Below the pieces are notes generated by a model. That model saw nothing but the letters and a program-made list of their open reading frames with translations, was not told where the DNA came from and searched no databases. The translations under genes and the position numbers were made by a program. A stretch of DNA of 63,924 bases, filler included, from Thraustochytrium aureum (lineage: Eukaryota), in NCBI GenBank assembly GCA_012862495.1. It is 5 parts of 3 records of this genome, joined end to end, with 100 filler letters (N's around TTAATTAATTAA, not from the genome) between each part and the next. Parts side by side here need not be neighbours in the genome. Positions count along the whole stretch, not along the records: positions 40,622 to 52,516 come from BLSG01000450.1; positions 52,617 to 59,189 come from BLSG01000452.1; 3 more parts are not named here. One strand, 5' to 3'. Below, piece by piece: positions 46,537 through 57,980 of the stretch (its first letter is position 1; each line of letters starts with the position of its first letter).

Positions 46537-49500
46537 ATGATGCTCGGAGCCCTGCTCGTGACGATCATGGCAGGGATGCAAGGGCTAGTACTCGGCGCAA
46601 CGGCACAAGCGCGGGTGCTGGGCAACGAGCCCGACGGGCTCTCGGCGCTCTTGCACGAGCAGACGATTGAGATCACAGACCAATTCGCAATCCCCCTCCA
46701 ATTCACCACTCTCATCCTGAACGGCGTTCGGTGCGACAATATGTCCATTGGCAGCCTCGAGCTGGAGCCAATGCGCAGCTCCGTGACGGAAGGCCAAGTC
46801 CAAGTGAAACTCAACGAGTTCCAACTCAGTTGCACGGTGAATCGCGTGGAAGCGACTGGTTCCGACGGCTTTCTGCAAAATCTTTTGAAAGCCGAAAGCC
46901 TCTCGCTCGCGCTGGACGCAAGGATCACTTCCTTCTCTTCAACAATCGTCCTCGCCAAGCCGAGCCCAGACGCGATCATGTGGACAAGCTCGACCCAAGC
47001 TGGGTGTTCTATGTCGCTCAGCCTCGATGGGATAAAGATAGAAGGCACTGAGAACGGCGACGACAACGTGCTTTCGCAAATCTTTGAAGACCTCGAGGTG
47101 TTTGCAATAATGGCCACCCAGAGCGACAGCAAAGGAGACTTGGACGACGAGATTTGGAGCACAGTCAAGGCGTTCAAATCGCTTTGGGAGAGCCTCGAGC
47201 AAGAGATCTGCAAAGTCGTGGACGGAGAAGTCAGCAGTACGCTGTCGAGCGAGCTCAGTGATTTAGGCATCGTGCTGCAGCAATTCGAAAACTCCTCCAG
47301 GACACACATTGACCCGCTCGACGGTGAGTTGGCGAATGAGGACTGGGTGAATTTCAAGAACAGCACGATCTTCAACATGGCATTTTCAGCCTTGAACAGC
47401 GGATTCTCCACAACGTTGGCTGAGAACAACAATACGGGAACGGAACGCACAAACAACACCGCTTCGAATCTGATGCGCAGCCTCACGCAAAATGGCACCT
47501 ACTATGTCGAAACTGGAAATTTGACCCTCGTGAGCGTTGAGGATGGAGATGAAAGCCCGAATGGCTTGAGCTTCCAGCTTGAGATGCTGGAGATCGAGCT
47601 CCAAGGCCTGGACAGCGTCACCCAGTTTGGACCACTGGAGGTGTTTGGGGCCCACACGATCGGAGCCAACATCACGCTTGGCGGACTCAAGGTGCGTACC
47701 GTGCTTCGAGTGGCCCTCCAGGCTCCCGGCTTCCAGCTACAAGACGAGAGGTTCGAGGTGTCTGTCGACTTGCTTGATACCTTTGTAAGCCTTGCGTTCG
47801 CTCTTGGCGTGAACCACGAGGCAGGGTGGGATTTGCTGTTTGGATCCGCTCTGCGCGATCCACTTGCCTGCTTTCTTTCGACTGTGGAGCATGTCAATGT
47901 TACTCGCACAGTCGGCCGGATCGGGTCATTCGTCACTCTCCGCGTTTCCAAGATCATCAACGACGAGGTGACTGAGTTCGTGCAGCAAGTGCTGGACACC
48001 GCGGTCGTTCTCATGGAGAGCGGCTTTCTTCGTGCACTTCCTGGTATCTTGATGGACATTGGTCCTAGTATTGTCACGAGCGGGTTCCAATCGTTGCTCG
48101 AGTCGAACAGCGCGTGCCCGCCGCCGCTCGAATACCCTGATCAGCCATTCTTCGACTTTCGAGCCGACTCGTACTTCCAAGACCTCGTCCGCGCCGTTCG
48201 CGAGGACGTGGTGCCGAGGCTCAACGAGGACTTTGTCTCAGAGTTTACACTAGAGAATAGCGGCGAGGTCGGCACCTACATCTTGCAAGAGGACAAGGAG
48301 ATGGGCGACCTGCGCATCGACCCAATTGGAACGTTTTACGTCTCCGCAAGCCAAGTTGCTCTGAAAGGCCTCGACTCGTTCTACGAGATCACTTTTATGG
48401 AGACCAACGGGCCGTACTCGCTGGTGAACGAGTTTCGCCTTGGCGGGGACATTCCTGGCGAGTACGGCCGTCTCCTGGAGGAAGATCCCAGCGGCGCAGA
48501 AGGGTGGCGCAACGCGTCGGAGCCGCGTGCGCTACCACCGCTCACCCTTTCTCTCGTGTTCCAGATGGACTTTGATGGGACGGACGTCAAGTTCAACAAC
48601 CTGTTCGACTTTTCAATCACGATGCAGGGATTCCACGCATTGGTCGAGTTTTTCGCCAAAGTGGACCGCTTCAAGTTTGACAACCTCAGAATCGAGGAGA
48701 TGCTCAACTTGGATTGTGTTCTTTCCAGGCTCGCGGAGGCTGAGCTCGTTCGCATGACCGCCGTCTTCGACCGCCTCGAGGTTGGGATTCGCTGCTTGAA
48801 CTGCACGTCGCCCGGCATGAAGGAGATGGAGCGTCGTGTTCGCGAGGCGTCCGCACAGCAGCAGTTCACAGTGACCTTCAATTCGTGGATCAACGATATA
48901 ATCACCCGCTTTCGGAACGAGATCTCCCCGGAGCGGCTGGCCGAAACGATTGAAGAGGCTGGACGGAGGTGCAAGGGTATCTACAGAGAGCCCGTCTGGA
49001 CAAAGTACGAGTCGTCGCACGAGTCGACGTACAACGTGTTTGCAATTGTCGGCGGCATGGCTGTCGTGATGCTGATGGGCGTAATCGTCACGCTCTGCCT
49101 CATGGCCCGGGCTCCGTCTCTCAAGCTGAGGCTGAAGCGCCGCAAGAGGCTGGAGGGAAAGGACAGGTCGGATTCTGTGGCCTCCTCTTCCTCCGGCGGG
49201 TCAGTGTCCATCGCTTCGTGGGGTCATCGATTCTACCGATTCAACTCGGAGTCTTCCGACACGGCTGACATTGTGATCCGCGCTGATTCGGACGCCATTG
49301 GCGACGCGGGCGAGACGAGCGGGATTGACGCGTCCGAGCCGCTCACCTCGGACGAGGCTCTGGACAAGGCGTTTCGCGGGTCTCCTCTTGTCATGCATCC
49401 CGTGACACCAGTTCCGGTCCGGTTTTGCGTCACAATCACCTTGTTGACAAACATTTTCCTCTTCGTGGTGGGCCACCTGATCATTTGCGCCAACGTCAAC

Positions 49501-51174
49501 ATCACGTTCAAGGTGCTTGGCGAGTCGATCCCCATGCACGGCTTTGCTGGCTTCAGCATCGGCAAATCAATCAAGGACATGTGGCTTGCCGGCGTGTACC
49601 CGCTGTGCTTTTTGATCGCCACACTCTCCGGGGCTTGGCCGTACCTCAAGGTGCTAACGATGCTATACTGCTGGCTAACTCCTCCTTCGCGCCTACGCCC
49701 CACGAAGCGAGGCAGTATCCTTCTCACGCTGGACATGCTTGGCAAGTGGTCAATGATCGACGTCTACGTCCTGCTGCTGATCATGGTTGCGTTTGGCGTC
49801 AAGATCGAAAACCCTCGCCTCGACATCCTGCCGGAGGGCTTCTACGGCGTCTACGTCGTGGTAGACCCAGACATTGGCCTCATATCCTTCACTTTGGCCG
49901 CTATGCTTTCACTTGTTGTGAACAACATCTGCGTAAACTACCACAGGAACGCGGTGGCCGCCGAGGAGCAACTCGCAGACCGGCTGAAAGCTGCCAACCT
50001 AGGCTTGAGCATGGGGCTCGCACATGAGCACGTCGCGGGTCGGGCCGCCGCAGCAGCGCACGGCTCCCCGATTGCTGCGACCAGGAACGTAGAAAGTGCA
50101 AGTGACTCGCGTTCAACAGACGAGCCCAACGGCTCGGGTGGGCGGCAGCGCCGCTTCTCAACGTGGCTCGACGCTGGTACCGACGACATTTGCGAGGAAA
50201 GGCGCAGCCTCGCTGCACAGCAGGAATCGCTGGCGAACCACGTCTTCTCCATTTACGGCGGGAGGCTCGTCTCCTTTTCGCGAATCGGCAAGATCGGCAT
50301 CACCGTGACTATCTGCGCCACGATCCTTCTCGTTGTCATCGGCTCCGCCATCCCGGTTTTCGGTTTCAAGATCCTCGGCTTGGTGGGCATGTTTATGGAC
50401 GTTGACGAAGTCAAGTCGTGGATACCCTTTTCGATATTCGACCTCTTCCTGTTTGCAGTGAACCAGGCTTTCGAATCCGAGATCGGCGGCTTAGGATACG
50501 TGACGGGCGTGCTGTTCTTGGCATCGGCATTTCTTCTTACAGCCTTCTTCACGCCGCTTCTACAGCTGTTCGGCCTTCTCTACTTTTTCTTGCGCCCGTT
50601 CACTCTCCATCGCCAGAAATGGATCTACTTTCTCGCCGAGATCTCTGGCGCGTGGGCAGCTATCGACGTGTTCATTGTAGCGATCATCATCGCTGTGCTG
50701 GAAATGGGCCAGCTGAGCGGCTTTTTGCTTGGCGGTGTCTGCGAGCACATCTTGCCCACAATCAATGGCGTGCTTGTTCCGACCGGCTTTGTCCAAGACG
50801 AAAACGCGACGTGCCTCTTTGTCTCGTCTTCGCTGGAGCTTGGATGCGCGCTTCTGGTCTCAGCAGCTTTCATCACCAACGTGCTAAGCCAGATCATCCT
50901 TCGCGCAGGCCACAAGGCGATCGAGGAGCGCGAGGACTTTGTCAAGCATGTGCTCCTGGCAACGGGCGAGATGCCGGCGGAAACGTCGCACGAGCACCCG
51001 CCACCGGGGTGCTTCATCCGCCTGGTGCTCAAGCTCGGCTTTCTTTTAGGATGGCTTGTTGAGCCAACTGCGGACGTCTCGGCAGCTGGGGCTGCGGAGG
51101 GCGCACTGGGCATAACCGACTTGGCGCCGCTAGGCGCAGTGGAGCATGGCAAGCTCTACCTCGACCGCATTTAG
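46537..51174 (+). CDS. Large secretory-pathway membrane protein: signal peptide, ~800-aa repeated lumenal region, TM, cytosolic loop, two PqiA/LetA-like membrane domains
   Basis: Uninterrupted ~1545-aa ORF. PqiA signatures SIKDMW.AG.YPL..LI..LSGAWPYLK and LDMLGKWSMIDVYV; second copy ISGAWAAIDVFIVAI. Many N-X-S/T sites in the ectodomain. Confidence 0.85.
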   Translation: MMLGALLVTIMAGMQGLVLGATAQARVLGNEPDGLSALLHEQTIEITDQFAIPLQFTTLILNGVRCDNMSIGSLELEPMRSSVTEGQVQVKLNEFQLSCTVNRVEATGSDGFLQNLLKAESLSLALDARITSFSSTIVLAKPSPDAIMWTSSTQAGCSMSLSLDGIKIEGTENGDDNVLSQIFEDLEVFAIMATQSDSKGDLDDEIWSTVKAFKSLWESLEQEICKVVDGEVSSTLSSELSDLGIVLQQFENSSRTHIDPLDGELANEDWVNFKNSTIFNMAFSALNSGFSTTLAENNNTGTERTNNTASNLMRSLTQNGTYYVETGNLTLVSVEDGDESPNGLSFQLEMLEIELQGLDSVTQFGPLEVFGAHTIGANITLGGLKVRTVLRVALQAPGFQLQDERFEVSVDLLDTFVSLAFALGVNHEAGWDLLFGSALRDPLACFLSTVEHVNVTRTVGRIGSFVTLRVSKIINDEVTEFVQQVLDTAVVLMESGFLRALPGILMDIGPSIVTSGFQSLLESNSACPPPLEYPDQPFFDFRADSYFQDLVRAVREDVVPRLNEDFVSEFTLENSGEVGTYILQEDKEMGDLRIDPIGTFYVSASQVALKGLDSFYEITFMETNGPYSLVNEFRLGGDIPGEYGRLLEEDPSGAEGWRNASEPRALPPLTLSLVFQMDFDGTDVKFNNLFDFSITMQGFHALVEFFAKVDRFKFDNLRIEEMLNLDCVLSRLAEAELVRMTAVFDRLEVGIRCLNCTSPGMKEMERRVREASAQQQFTVTFNSWINDIITRFRNEISPERLAETIEEAGRRCKGIYREPVWTKYESSHESTYNVFAIVGGMAVVMLMGVIVTLCLMARAPSLKLRLKRRKRLEGKDRSDSVASSSSGGSVSIASWGHRFYRFNSESSDTADIVIRADSDAIGDAGETSGIDASEPLTSDEALDKAFRGSPLVMHPVTPVPVRFCVTITLLTNIFLFVVGHLIICANVNITFKVLGESIPMHGFAGFSIGKSIKDMWLAGVYPLCFLIATLSGAWPYLKVLTMLYCWLTPPSRLRPTKRGSILLTLDMLGKWSMIDVYVLLLIMVAFGVKIENPRLDILPEGFYGVYVVVDPDIGLISFTLAAMLSLVVNNICVNYHRNAVAAEEQLADRLKAANLGLSMGLAHEHVAGRAAAAAHGSPIAATRNVESASDSRSTDEPNGSGGRQRRFSTWLDAGTDDICEERRSLAAQQESLANHVFSIYGGRLVSFSRIGKIGITVTICATILLVVIGSAIPVFGFKILGLVGMFMDVDEVKSWIPFSIFDLFLFAVNQAFESEIGGLGYVTGVLFLASAFLLTAFFTPLLQLFGLLYFFLRPFTLHRQKWIYFLAEISGAWAAIDVFIVAIIIAVLEMGQLSGFLLGGVCEHILPTINGVLVPTGFVQDENATCLFVSSSLELGCALLVSAAFITNVLSQIILRAGHKAIEEREDFVKHVLLATGEMPAETSHEHPPPGCFIRLVLKLGFLLGWLVEPTADVSAAGAAEGALGITDLAPLGAVEHGKLYLDRI

Positions 51175-51583
51175 CACAACAAGGCCGCGCTCGGACGTTG
51201 GAGGTTGCACCGATCCTCAAAGAAAACGATTTCATTGATGCGAGCCCGTACCTATCAGCAGCGACTCCCCATACTTCCTTAGCAGCGCGCGAACGGAGCA
51301 CCGCACCCTTGAGCGCAGCGCTGTCTCGTCACGAAGGAGGTCTTCCCCGTAGTTAGTCAGTCAGCCAGATTGAAACACCATGGAAAAATCATTCGATCAT
51401 TAAAAACAAAAGAAGGCATTCTTGGCCAAGGCAGCGCCAAGTATGTTGGGGCGTTTCTCTACCAACGCAATGCGATCGCCAAACTCCCACAAGATTCGCG
51501 ACAATAGTCCAAGATAAGTAGAGCGTCTTTGCGGCATCAACTTGCTTTTGACCAAGCTGTCTGCCTGTGACCCTGATCGCCAG

Positions 51584-52516
51584 TCAATCGAAAGCGCTCA
51601 ACGGTGCCGTGTCAACAGTACAGTCAATCGCTCCTTGCGGAGTCACTGCAGAACCCGCCACATTCTTCTGCTTCTGAGCTCTCAGGTACGCGTCTTTGGA
51701 ACGCTCCCGCTTCTGCTTCATCTCCGCGACAATGCTACCGCCCACACCGTCTTCCGGGGCTCCGAACATGACGTACGAGACTTTCGGAAAGAAGATGAGG
51801 CACATCACGCTCAGGTCGTTGAGGAAAACCACGCCGCTGCGCACAAACATGGATGTTGCCGGTGTGTCGGATGCAATGGTGGTCACAGGAATGGCTAAGA
51901 GGAGGACCTCGAGGTTGGAAAACAGGGCGACTGCGGTCTGCTTGGACTCGCTGAACTGGGTGTTGATGCCCGCGCACTGGTAGCAGATCCACGAACCCCA
52001 GAGCAGGACGGCAAGGTGGTAGCCGCCAATCAGAACCAGGAACAGAGTCGACGAGTCACTCGCGCATGCGCCAGCGCTCGACACCGATTGGCCACTGGCA
52101 TCAAGCAAACGAATGTCGCGCTTGTAGACGAGTGGGTCCATTACCTGCCAGACCCAAGTGAGAACGATTTCGCCAAGGACAAAATAGCCAATGCTGACAA
52201 AGAGATGTCGGTTGGACATCACAGCCTTGGGATCTCCTGATTCACTGCTGGCGAACCACTTGGAGGTATCAAATATGCGCTGCACGCGCCTCATTTTGGC
52301 AAAGAGCGGCGCAAACGTGAAAGCGAAGCCAATCGTGTACGTCCAGACAGAAGCCATGCATGCCGCATTCGCAGCTGCATTCCCGCCGTGGGTCTCTGCC
52401 CTTGGCCCGTCTTGGTCAGTTATGGTGAGCGGGAGGATGGTCAGCGACGATATGATTGCCCCAAGCAAAATGAGGACAAGGAACGGAACCTGCGCGGCCT
52501 TGACTACGGAATGCTG
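51584..52516 (-). CDS. Class C (GABA-B-like, 7tm_3) G-protein-coupled receptor, 5' truncated
   Basis: VVKAAQVPFL, ACMASVW...GF..TFAPLFAKMRRVQRIF, DPL, C.S, FSESKQ, IFFPKV are typical class C TM motifs. The frame runs into the linker gap. Confidence 0.85.
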   Translation of the reverse strand, partial: QHSVVKAAQVPFLVLILLGAIISSLTILPLTITDQDGPRAETHGGNAAANAACMASVWTYTIGFAFTFAPLFAKMRRVQRIFDTSKWFASSESGDPKAVMSNRHLFVSIGYFVLGEIVLTWVWQVMDPLVYKRDIRLLDASGQSVSSAGACASDSSTLFLVLIGGYHLAVLLWGSWICYQCAGINTQFSESKQTAVALFSNLEVLLLAIPVTTIASDTPATSMFVRSGVVFLNDLSVMCLIFFPKVSYVMFGAPEDGVGGSIVAEMKQKRERSKDAYLRAQKQKNVAGSAVTPQGAIDCTVDTAPLSAFD

Positions 52517-53535
52517 NNNNNNNNNNNNNNNNNNNNNNNNNNNNNNNNNNNNNNNNNNNNTTAATTAATTAANNNNNNNNNNNNNNNNNNNNNNNNNNNN
52601 NNNNNNNNNNNNNNNNGATGGCCATGAGCATCGCTGGACTTTGCCTATTCAAGCTCTGCAAGTTTGTCACGTCGCTTCGTGGCAGGACTGCGAGGCTGTC
52701 GTCCGTCAATTGCTGCGTCGTCTGCAAAGGCGCAGCGTGGCGCCCAAGATAGTACGGCTGCTGCCGTGCCGTGCCATTTCGCTCAACGCCTCCTTCTTCG
52801 TCAAGTCCGCGATGGTTTTGATGGTTTCGGTGCAACTTGCCCTTGACAACTCACCCTAACCTACTTGACGATGACCTAACCTCGTGTGCCGCACACCGAT
52901 CTTGAAATACAACGCCACGTGCCGCTCGAGTTCCCTGGTCTGGTGACGTCATGCGAGGCAGCGTCAGCATGCAAGCTGGCACGGCTACGTCATCTCAGAA
53001 GCACCCTACCAGTATAGAGTACTTCCCTCCTCCTTTGAACACAAATAATTACAAATTTTTGGATCGCCCTCTCACACGCCTCACTGGCCTTGGCCGCAAC
53101 CCATGAGGGGCGCACACCCTCCAGGCGCAAACCTCCTCCTAAACGCCAGGTTCAAGAGTCCGATTCCCCCTCTGCGGGTTCCCACCGAAACAAAACGAAA
53201 CCGGCCAGGAGCCAAGCCGCTTGCCACTTCACTTTATTGCCCTCTCCCGCGCCCAAGTCGACGTACTCCGCGCGTTAAAAAGGAGCCATTCGTCGCTCGG
53301 GACTGCACGAATTGTGCCGTCGCGCAAGGCCGAGCGGAAAATGGGTCGGCTGCTTGTCCTCGCTGAGAGGCAACGCTCTCCCACCCACCGACTCGGAGTC
53401 TCATGCGCTTCGAGTGAAGTACGACTTGTCCCGCTCGATTGACGCGGCGGCTCTCTGCTTGCGGCCGGAGTCTTGAACCGGCGCCGTGCTTCTGCCCGCT
53501 CAAGCCACCCTCAGCGTGTAGTGGGGGGGATGCAG

Positions 53536-53706
53536 AAACGCCCCACATAGCAGCGGGGGTCTTGAGTGGAACGACACAGATACGCCTCACATTGGTGGTG
53601 GGGGTCTTGAGTGGAACGATGAAGATAGTATCACATGGCGGCGGGGGTCTTGAGTACAACGGCATAGATACGCCTCACATGGCGGCGGGGGTCTTGAGTG
53701 GAACGC
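53536..53706. repeat. Degenerate ~43-45-bp minisatellite, 4 copies (core cacatRgcRgcgggggtcttgagtggaacg)
   Basis: Four copies of GGGGGTCTTGAGT with similar flanks. Confidence 0.85.
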
Positions 53707-54668
53707 GTGTTCGTGTGCCGGCTGCTCGGTTTTGTATCTTGTCGCCGCCTGCCTCACTGCTGTTCTGACCGCTTGCACGTGCTGCGGCTCGCGGGTTTCC
53801 GTCCCTCCCTCTGCATGCCGCTTGTGAGAGGGGGTGTGCACTCCACCTGCGGGGCATGAGAGGGGGGAGCCTGAGGCGCCACGAACAGCACAGGTTCAAA
53901 ACCCGCCTTTCCCCCTTCCTTCCAGGCCCAGCCGCAAGCCCCCACCCCTCACAAAAGCAGCGCGTTTTCCAGCGCCAAACCACCCGGTCTCCGCAGAGGC
54001 AAAGGGGAACCCGCGCCTCACAGGCGTGTGCCCCTCCCTGCAGCGAAAAGGGCCGAAAACGACCGGAAAACCAATAAACAACGCAGCGCGATGAGAGGGC
54101 ACAGCGCAGCGTGATTGTGAGGAGCGGCGCCGGCCGACTCGCGAGCCGAGCAGAAGCCCAACAAACCGCGACGCGAGGACGCGCCCATAGGCAGGCAGGC
54201 AGGCAGGCAGGCAANNNNNNNNNNNNNNNNNNNNNNNNNNNNNNNNNNNNNNNNNNNNNNNNNNNNNNNNNNNNNNNNNNNNNNNNNNNNNNNNNNNNNN
54301 NNNNNNNNNNNNNNNNNNNNNNNNNNNNNNNNNNNNNNNNNNNNNNNNNNNNNNNNNNNNNNNNNNNNNNNNNNNNNNNNNNNNNNNNNNNNNNNNNNNN
54401 NNNNNNNNNNNNNNNNNNNNNNNNNNNNNNNNNNNNNNNNNNNNNNNNNNNNNNNNNNNNNNNNNNNNNNNNNNNNNNNNNNNNNNNNNNNNNNNNNNNN
54501 NNNNNNNNNNNNNNNNNNNNNNNNNNNAATAGGGCAGGCAGGCTCGCGGGCGTCGTGGCCGCTGGAGACGGGCTTGGCGCAGGGGTCTGGGTGGGTTTGG
54601 ATCGGTCGGTGGACGCGCTGGCTCGCGAGGTGCACGTGGAGACCTGACGCGGCGGCGCGGGGGAAAGC

Positions 54669-57600
54669 ATGGCGATGGAGGCGGCGATGCCGCCCTCGTG
54701 CTTGATGCGCGACGGGGCCAAACGCGCGGAGAGCAGGTGGGCACTCGGCGAGCGGCTTGGGAGGAACAGGCAGAGGTCCGTGAGGTTTGACGACACCTCG
54801 CTGGCCGGGTTTGGCGCGTTCGAAGCGGACGAGTGGAACGAAGACGACGGCGCCGCGAGCAGCGTGACTGACCGCAGCGCCAGCAAGCACGATCTGGAGG
54901 GGTACGACTCGGACAGCAGCGTGGTGATGGAGGAGTCGATCTTCAAGACACCCGCAGAAGACCCCGACCTGATCCAATGGCAGTTCACCATCGCGCTCGA
55001 CAAGCGCGACGCCGTGTTCTTGGACCGCGTCTTGCGCCTGGAGCGCGAAAAGGTGAGCGCAGGGGAGGCCGAGTTCGAGATCCCGCCCATGGACAAGGCC
55101 AAGCACCTCGCCCTGGCCATGCTGAGCGGCGACGACGAGATCTACAAAGTTTTGGCCCAGCACGTCTCGATCCAGATGGCCGACGACTGGTTCAGCAACT
55201 CGCACCCCGCGTCCCGCTGCAACTGCGACAACAACCACCTCGGGTCGCTCCTGGTGCGGCTCGTCCGCGCCGGGCAGCGCGAGATGGTGACGCGCGCGCT
55301 CAAGGGCGGCATCGATCCCAACTCGGCGATCTGCGACGGCGACATGGAGCGCATGTACTGGAACTCGGACGGCAAGCGCGACGGCGCCAAGCTGGAGGCC
55401 GTCTTCCAGAAGAGCACTGCGCTGACCGCCTCGGCCGCGGTGGGCGACATCCGCACCATGGAGCTGCTCCTCGACTACGGCGCCAACCCGGAGGCGCACG
55501 ACTTTGCGGTGTTCGCGGTCGCCGCGCGGTACGGGCAGATCAACTATTTGCAGGCGCTCCTCGCCAACGACATGTTCGACGACTTTTCCAAGATGGACCG
55601 GGGCTGCGTCGTCGCGCTCAAGGCCGCCAGCATGGAGAACCAGAACAAGACGATCGACTGGCTCCTGCTCCGCCTGCAGCAGTTCGACGACTGGGAGGTG
55701 CGCTCGCAGCCGCGCAAAAAGTCGATCGGCTCGACCATGTCGCGCACCATCGGCGTGCGAAGCCGCAGCATGGGCTGGGGCTCGCTCAAGGCGAAGAGCC
55801 GGCCCAGCACAACCGGCTCGGCCAAGCGGAGCCAGTCGGCCACGGGGTCGCTTATGGGACCGCGCAACCTGTCGGGCCCGCCCTCCACGCGCCGACCGTC
55901 GTCCAAGCAGCTCGTCGGCGAGGCCCTCAGCAACGCGCTGGACGAGCTCATCAAGGACGGCCGCCGCCCCGGCTCGGTTTTGCGCGACTCGCTCACCAAG
56001 GGCATCGAGAACGTGGTCGGCCTGCAGCGCAAGCACCTGCCCGCCTTTGAGTTTGACGCCAGCAAGCTGCTCGCCTTCTACGTCTCGGCCACCAGCGACA
56101 GCGACGTGTACACGCCCGAGGAGGTCGCCAAGCGCCTCCTCGATCTCGGGCTCGGCGAGTACCTGCGCGGCGACACCTCCACGCCCTCCGTGGCTCCGCC
56201 TGCGCGTATCGAGGCTCCGCCGACCTCGGACAAGGAGGACGACAGCCCAGAGGCACACGCCCTGCGTCGGTCCGTCCGCCCCTTTGCGGCCGAGCTCGGC
56301 GCGCTGCCCCCCTNAAAGGGCTCACTATGGAGGTCACCCGGCAGCGCGTCCGCGCGTTTACGGGTTGACCACGCGCATGATGCGCAGCATGTTTGGCTCG
56401 CTCCAGAACGCGGGACCCCTGCCCCAGAGCATCGCGTCGCGGCTCTCGCTCCACCGGTCGCCAAGGGGGCTTCCGGACAAGGTGCGGCGCAGTGTGGTGC
56501 TCAGCGCAGCGCAAGTTGGGCCACATGGCAGTTCNNNNNNNNNNNNNNNNNNNNNNNNNNNNNNNNNNNNNNNNNNNNNNNNNNNNNNNNNNNNNNNNNN
56601 NNNNNNNNNNNNNNNNNNNNNNNNNNNNNNNNNNNNNNNNNNNNNNNNNNNNNNNNNNNNNNNNNNNNNNNNNNNNNNNNNNNNNNNNNNNNNNNNNNNN
56701 NNNNNNNNNNNNNNNNNNNNNNNNNNNNNNNNNNNNNNNNNNNNNNNNNNNNNNNNNNNNNNNNNNNNNNNNNNNNNNNNNNNNNNNNNNNNNNNNNNNN
56801 NNNNNNNNNNNNNNNNNNNNNNNNNNNNNNNNNNNNNNNNNNNNNNNNNNNNNNNNNNNNNNNNNNNNNNNNNNNNNNNNNNNNNNNNNNNNNNNNNNNN
56901 NNNNNNNNNNNNNNNNNNNNNNNNNNNNNNNNNNNNNNNNNNNNNNNNNNNNNNNNNNNNNNNNNNNNNNNNNNNNNNNNNNNNNNNNNNNNNNNNNNNN
57001 NNNNNNNNNNNNNNNNNNNNNNNNNNNNNNNNNNNNNNNNNNNNNNNNNNNNNNNNNNNNNNNNNNNNNNNNNNNNNNNNNNNNNNNNNNNNNNNNNNNN
57101 NNNNNNNNNNNNNNNNNNNNNNNNNNNNNNNNNNNNNNNNNNNNNNNNNNNNNNNNNNNNNNNNNNNNNNNNNNNNNNNNNNNNNNNNNNNNNNNNNNNN
57201 NNNNNNNNNNNNNNNNNNNNNNNNNNNNNNNNNNNNNNNNNNNNNNNNNNNNNNNNNNNNNNNNNNNNNNNNNNNNNNNNNNNNNNNNNNNNNNNNNNNN
57301 NNNNNNNNNNNNNNNNNNNNNNNNNNNNNNNNNNNNNNNNNNNNNNNNNNNNNNNNNNNNNNNNNNNNNNNNNNNCTGCGAAGTGGTTTGGGGCTTGGTT
57401 TGGAGCTCGGGCGTAACGGCCATTTCTTGGAGTGGACACCCTTCGGCAGGTGGTGCTCTGCTTCCCATCCCGCCGCGGCGTGCAAGCGAAGCAATCAGCT
57501 CGCGCTCAACGACAGGCGGTGCGCAAGCGCAGGGGTTTCCAATTTCGCCGCTGTGCTGGACTTGTTGACTGCTTCGGCTCGCTCGGGTTGGACCCTTTCG

Positions 57601-57875
57601 TGTCGCGCGAGGCAGTCGCGAACCTCGATGTCTACCGCAAGGCGCGACTCTGCAAGAAAAAGCGATCAACGACATGTTGTTGGAGGAGGGAGTCCCTGGA
57701 GGAGCTCTTAGTGTTGTATGCTGGCGTTTCGCGGGCCACGCGTGACCGGGGCGGGTCCAAAGAGCAGCGCATGGCCGTCCGGCGAGTGCCTTGGATCGTG
57801 GAACGCCCGCCGCCTGTCGACGCCGTCGCGTATAGCCCGTTCGTGAGCAAGCCTCGGCGGCCGAAAGGAGCTTGA
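54669..57875 (+). CDS. Ankyrin-repeat protein (C-terminal part interrupted by an N, a gap and frameshifts; end uncertain)
   Basis: Ankyrin-like STALTASAAVGDIRTMELLLDYGANPE, AVAARYGQINYLQALL, ALKAASMENQNKTIDWLL. The coding-like frame after the gap ends at TGA 57875. Confidence 0.7.
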
Positions 57876-57980
57876 TCCCGAACACGAACTGAACAAAGCG
57901 GAGACAGACCCTGGTTTTGGGCACTCGGGACCAAACGACTTGTCCTCAAAATCAACCAACCGAGTACGTGTTTGGTGAAA

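Noticed and set aside
25490..51174. A lipid-metabolism gene cluster (b5, ECI, LCB2, PqiA protein)
   Set aside because: These genes are interspersed with unrelated housekeeping genes and separated by linker gaps. No evidence of a single pathway.
53536..53706. CRISPR-like array
   Set aside because: Inter-core sequences are similar to each other rather than unique spacers, there are no cas genes, and the context is eukaryotic.
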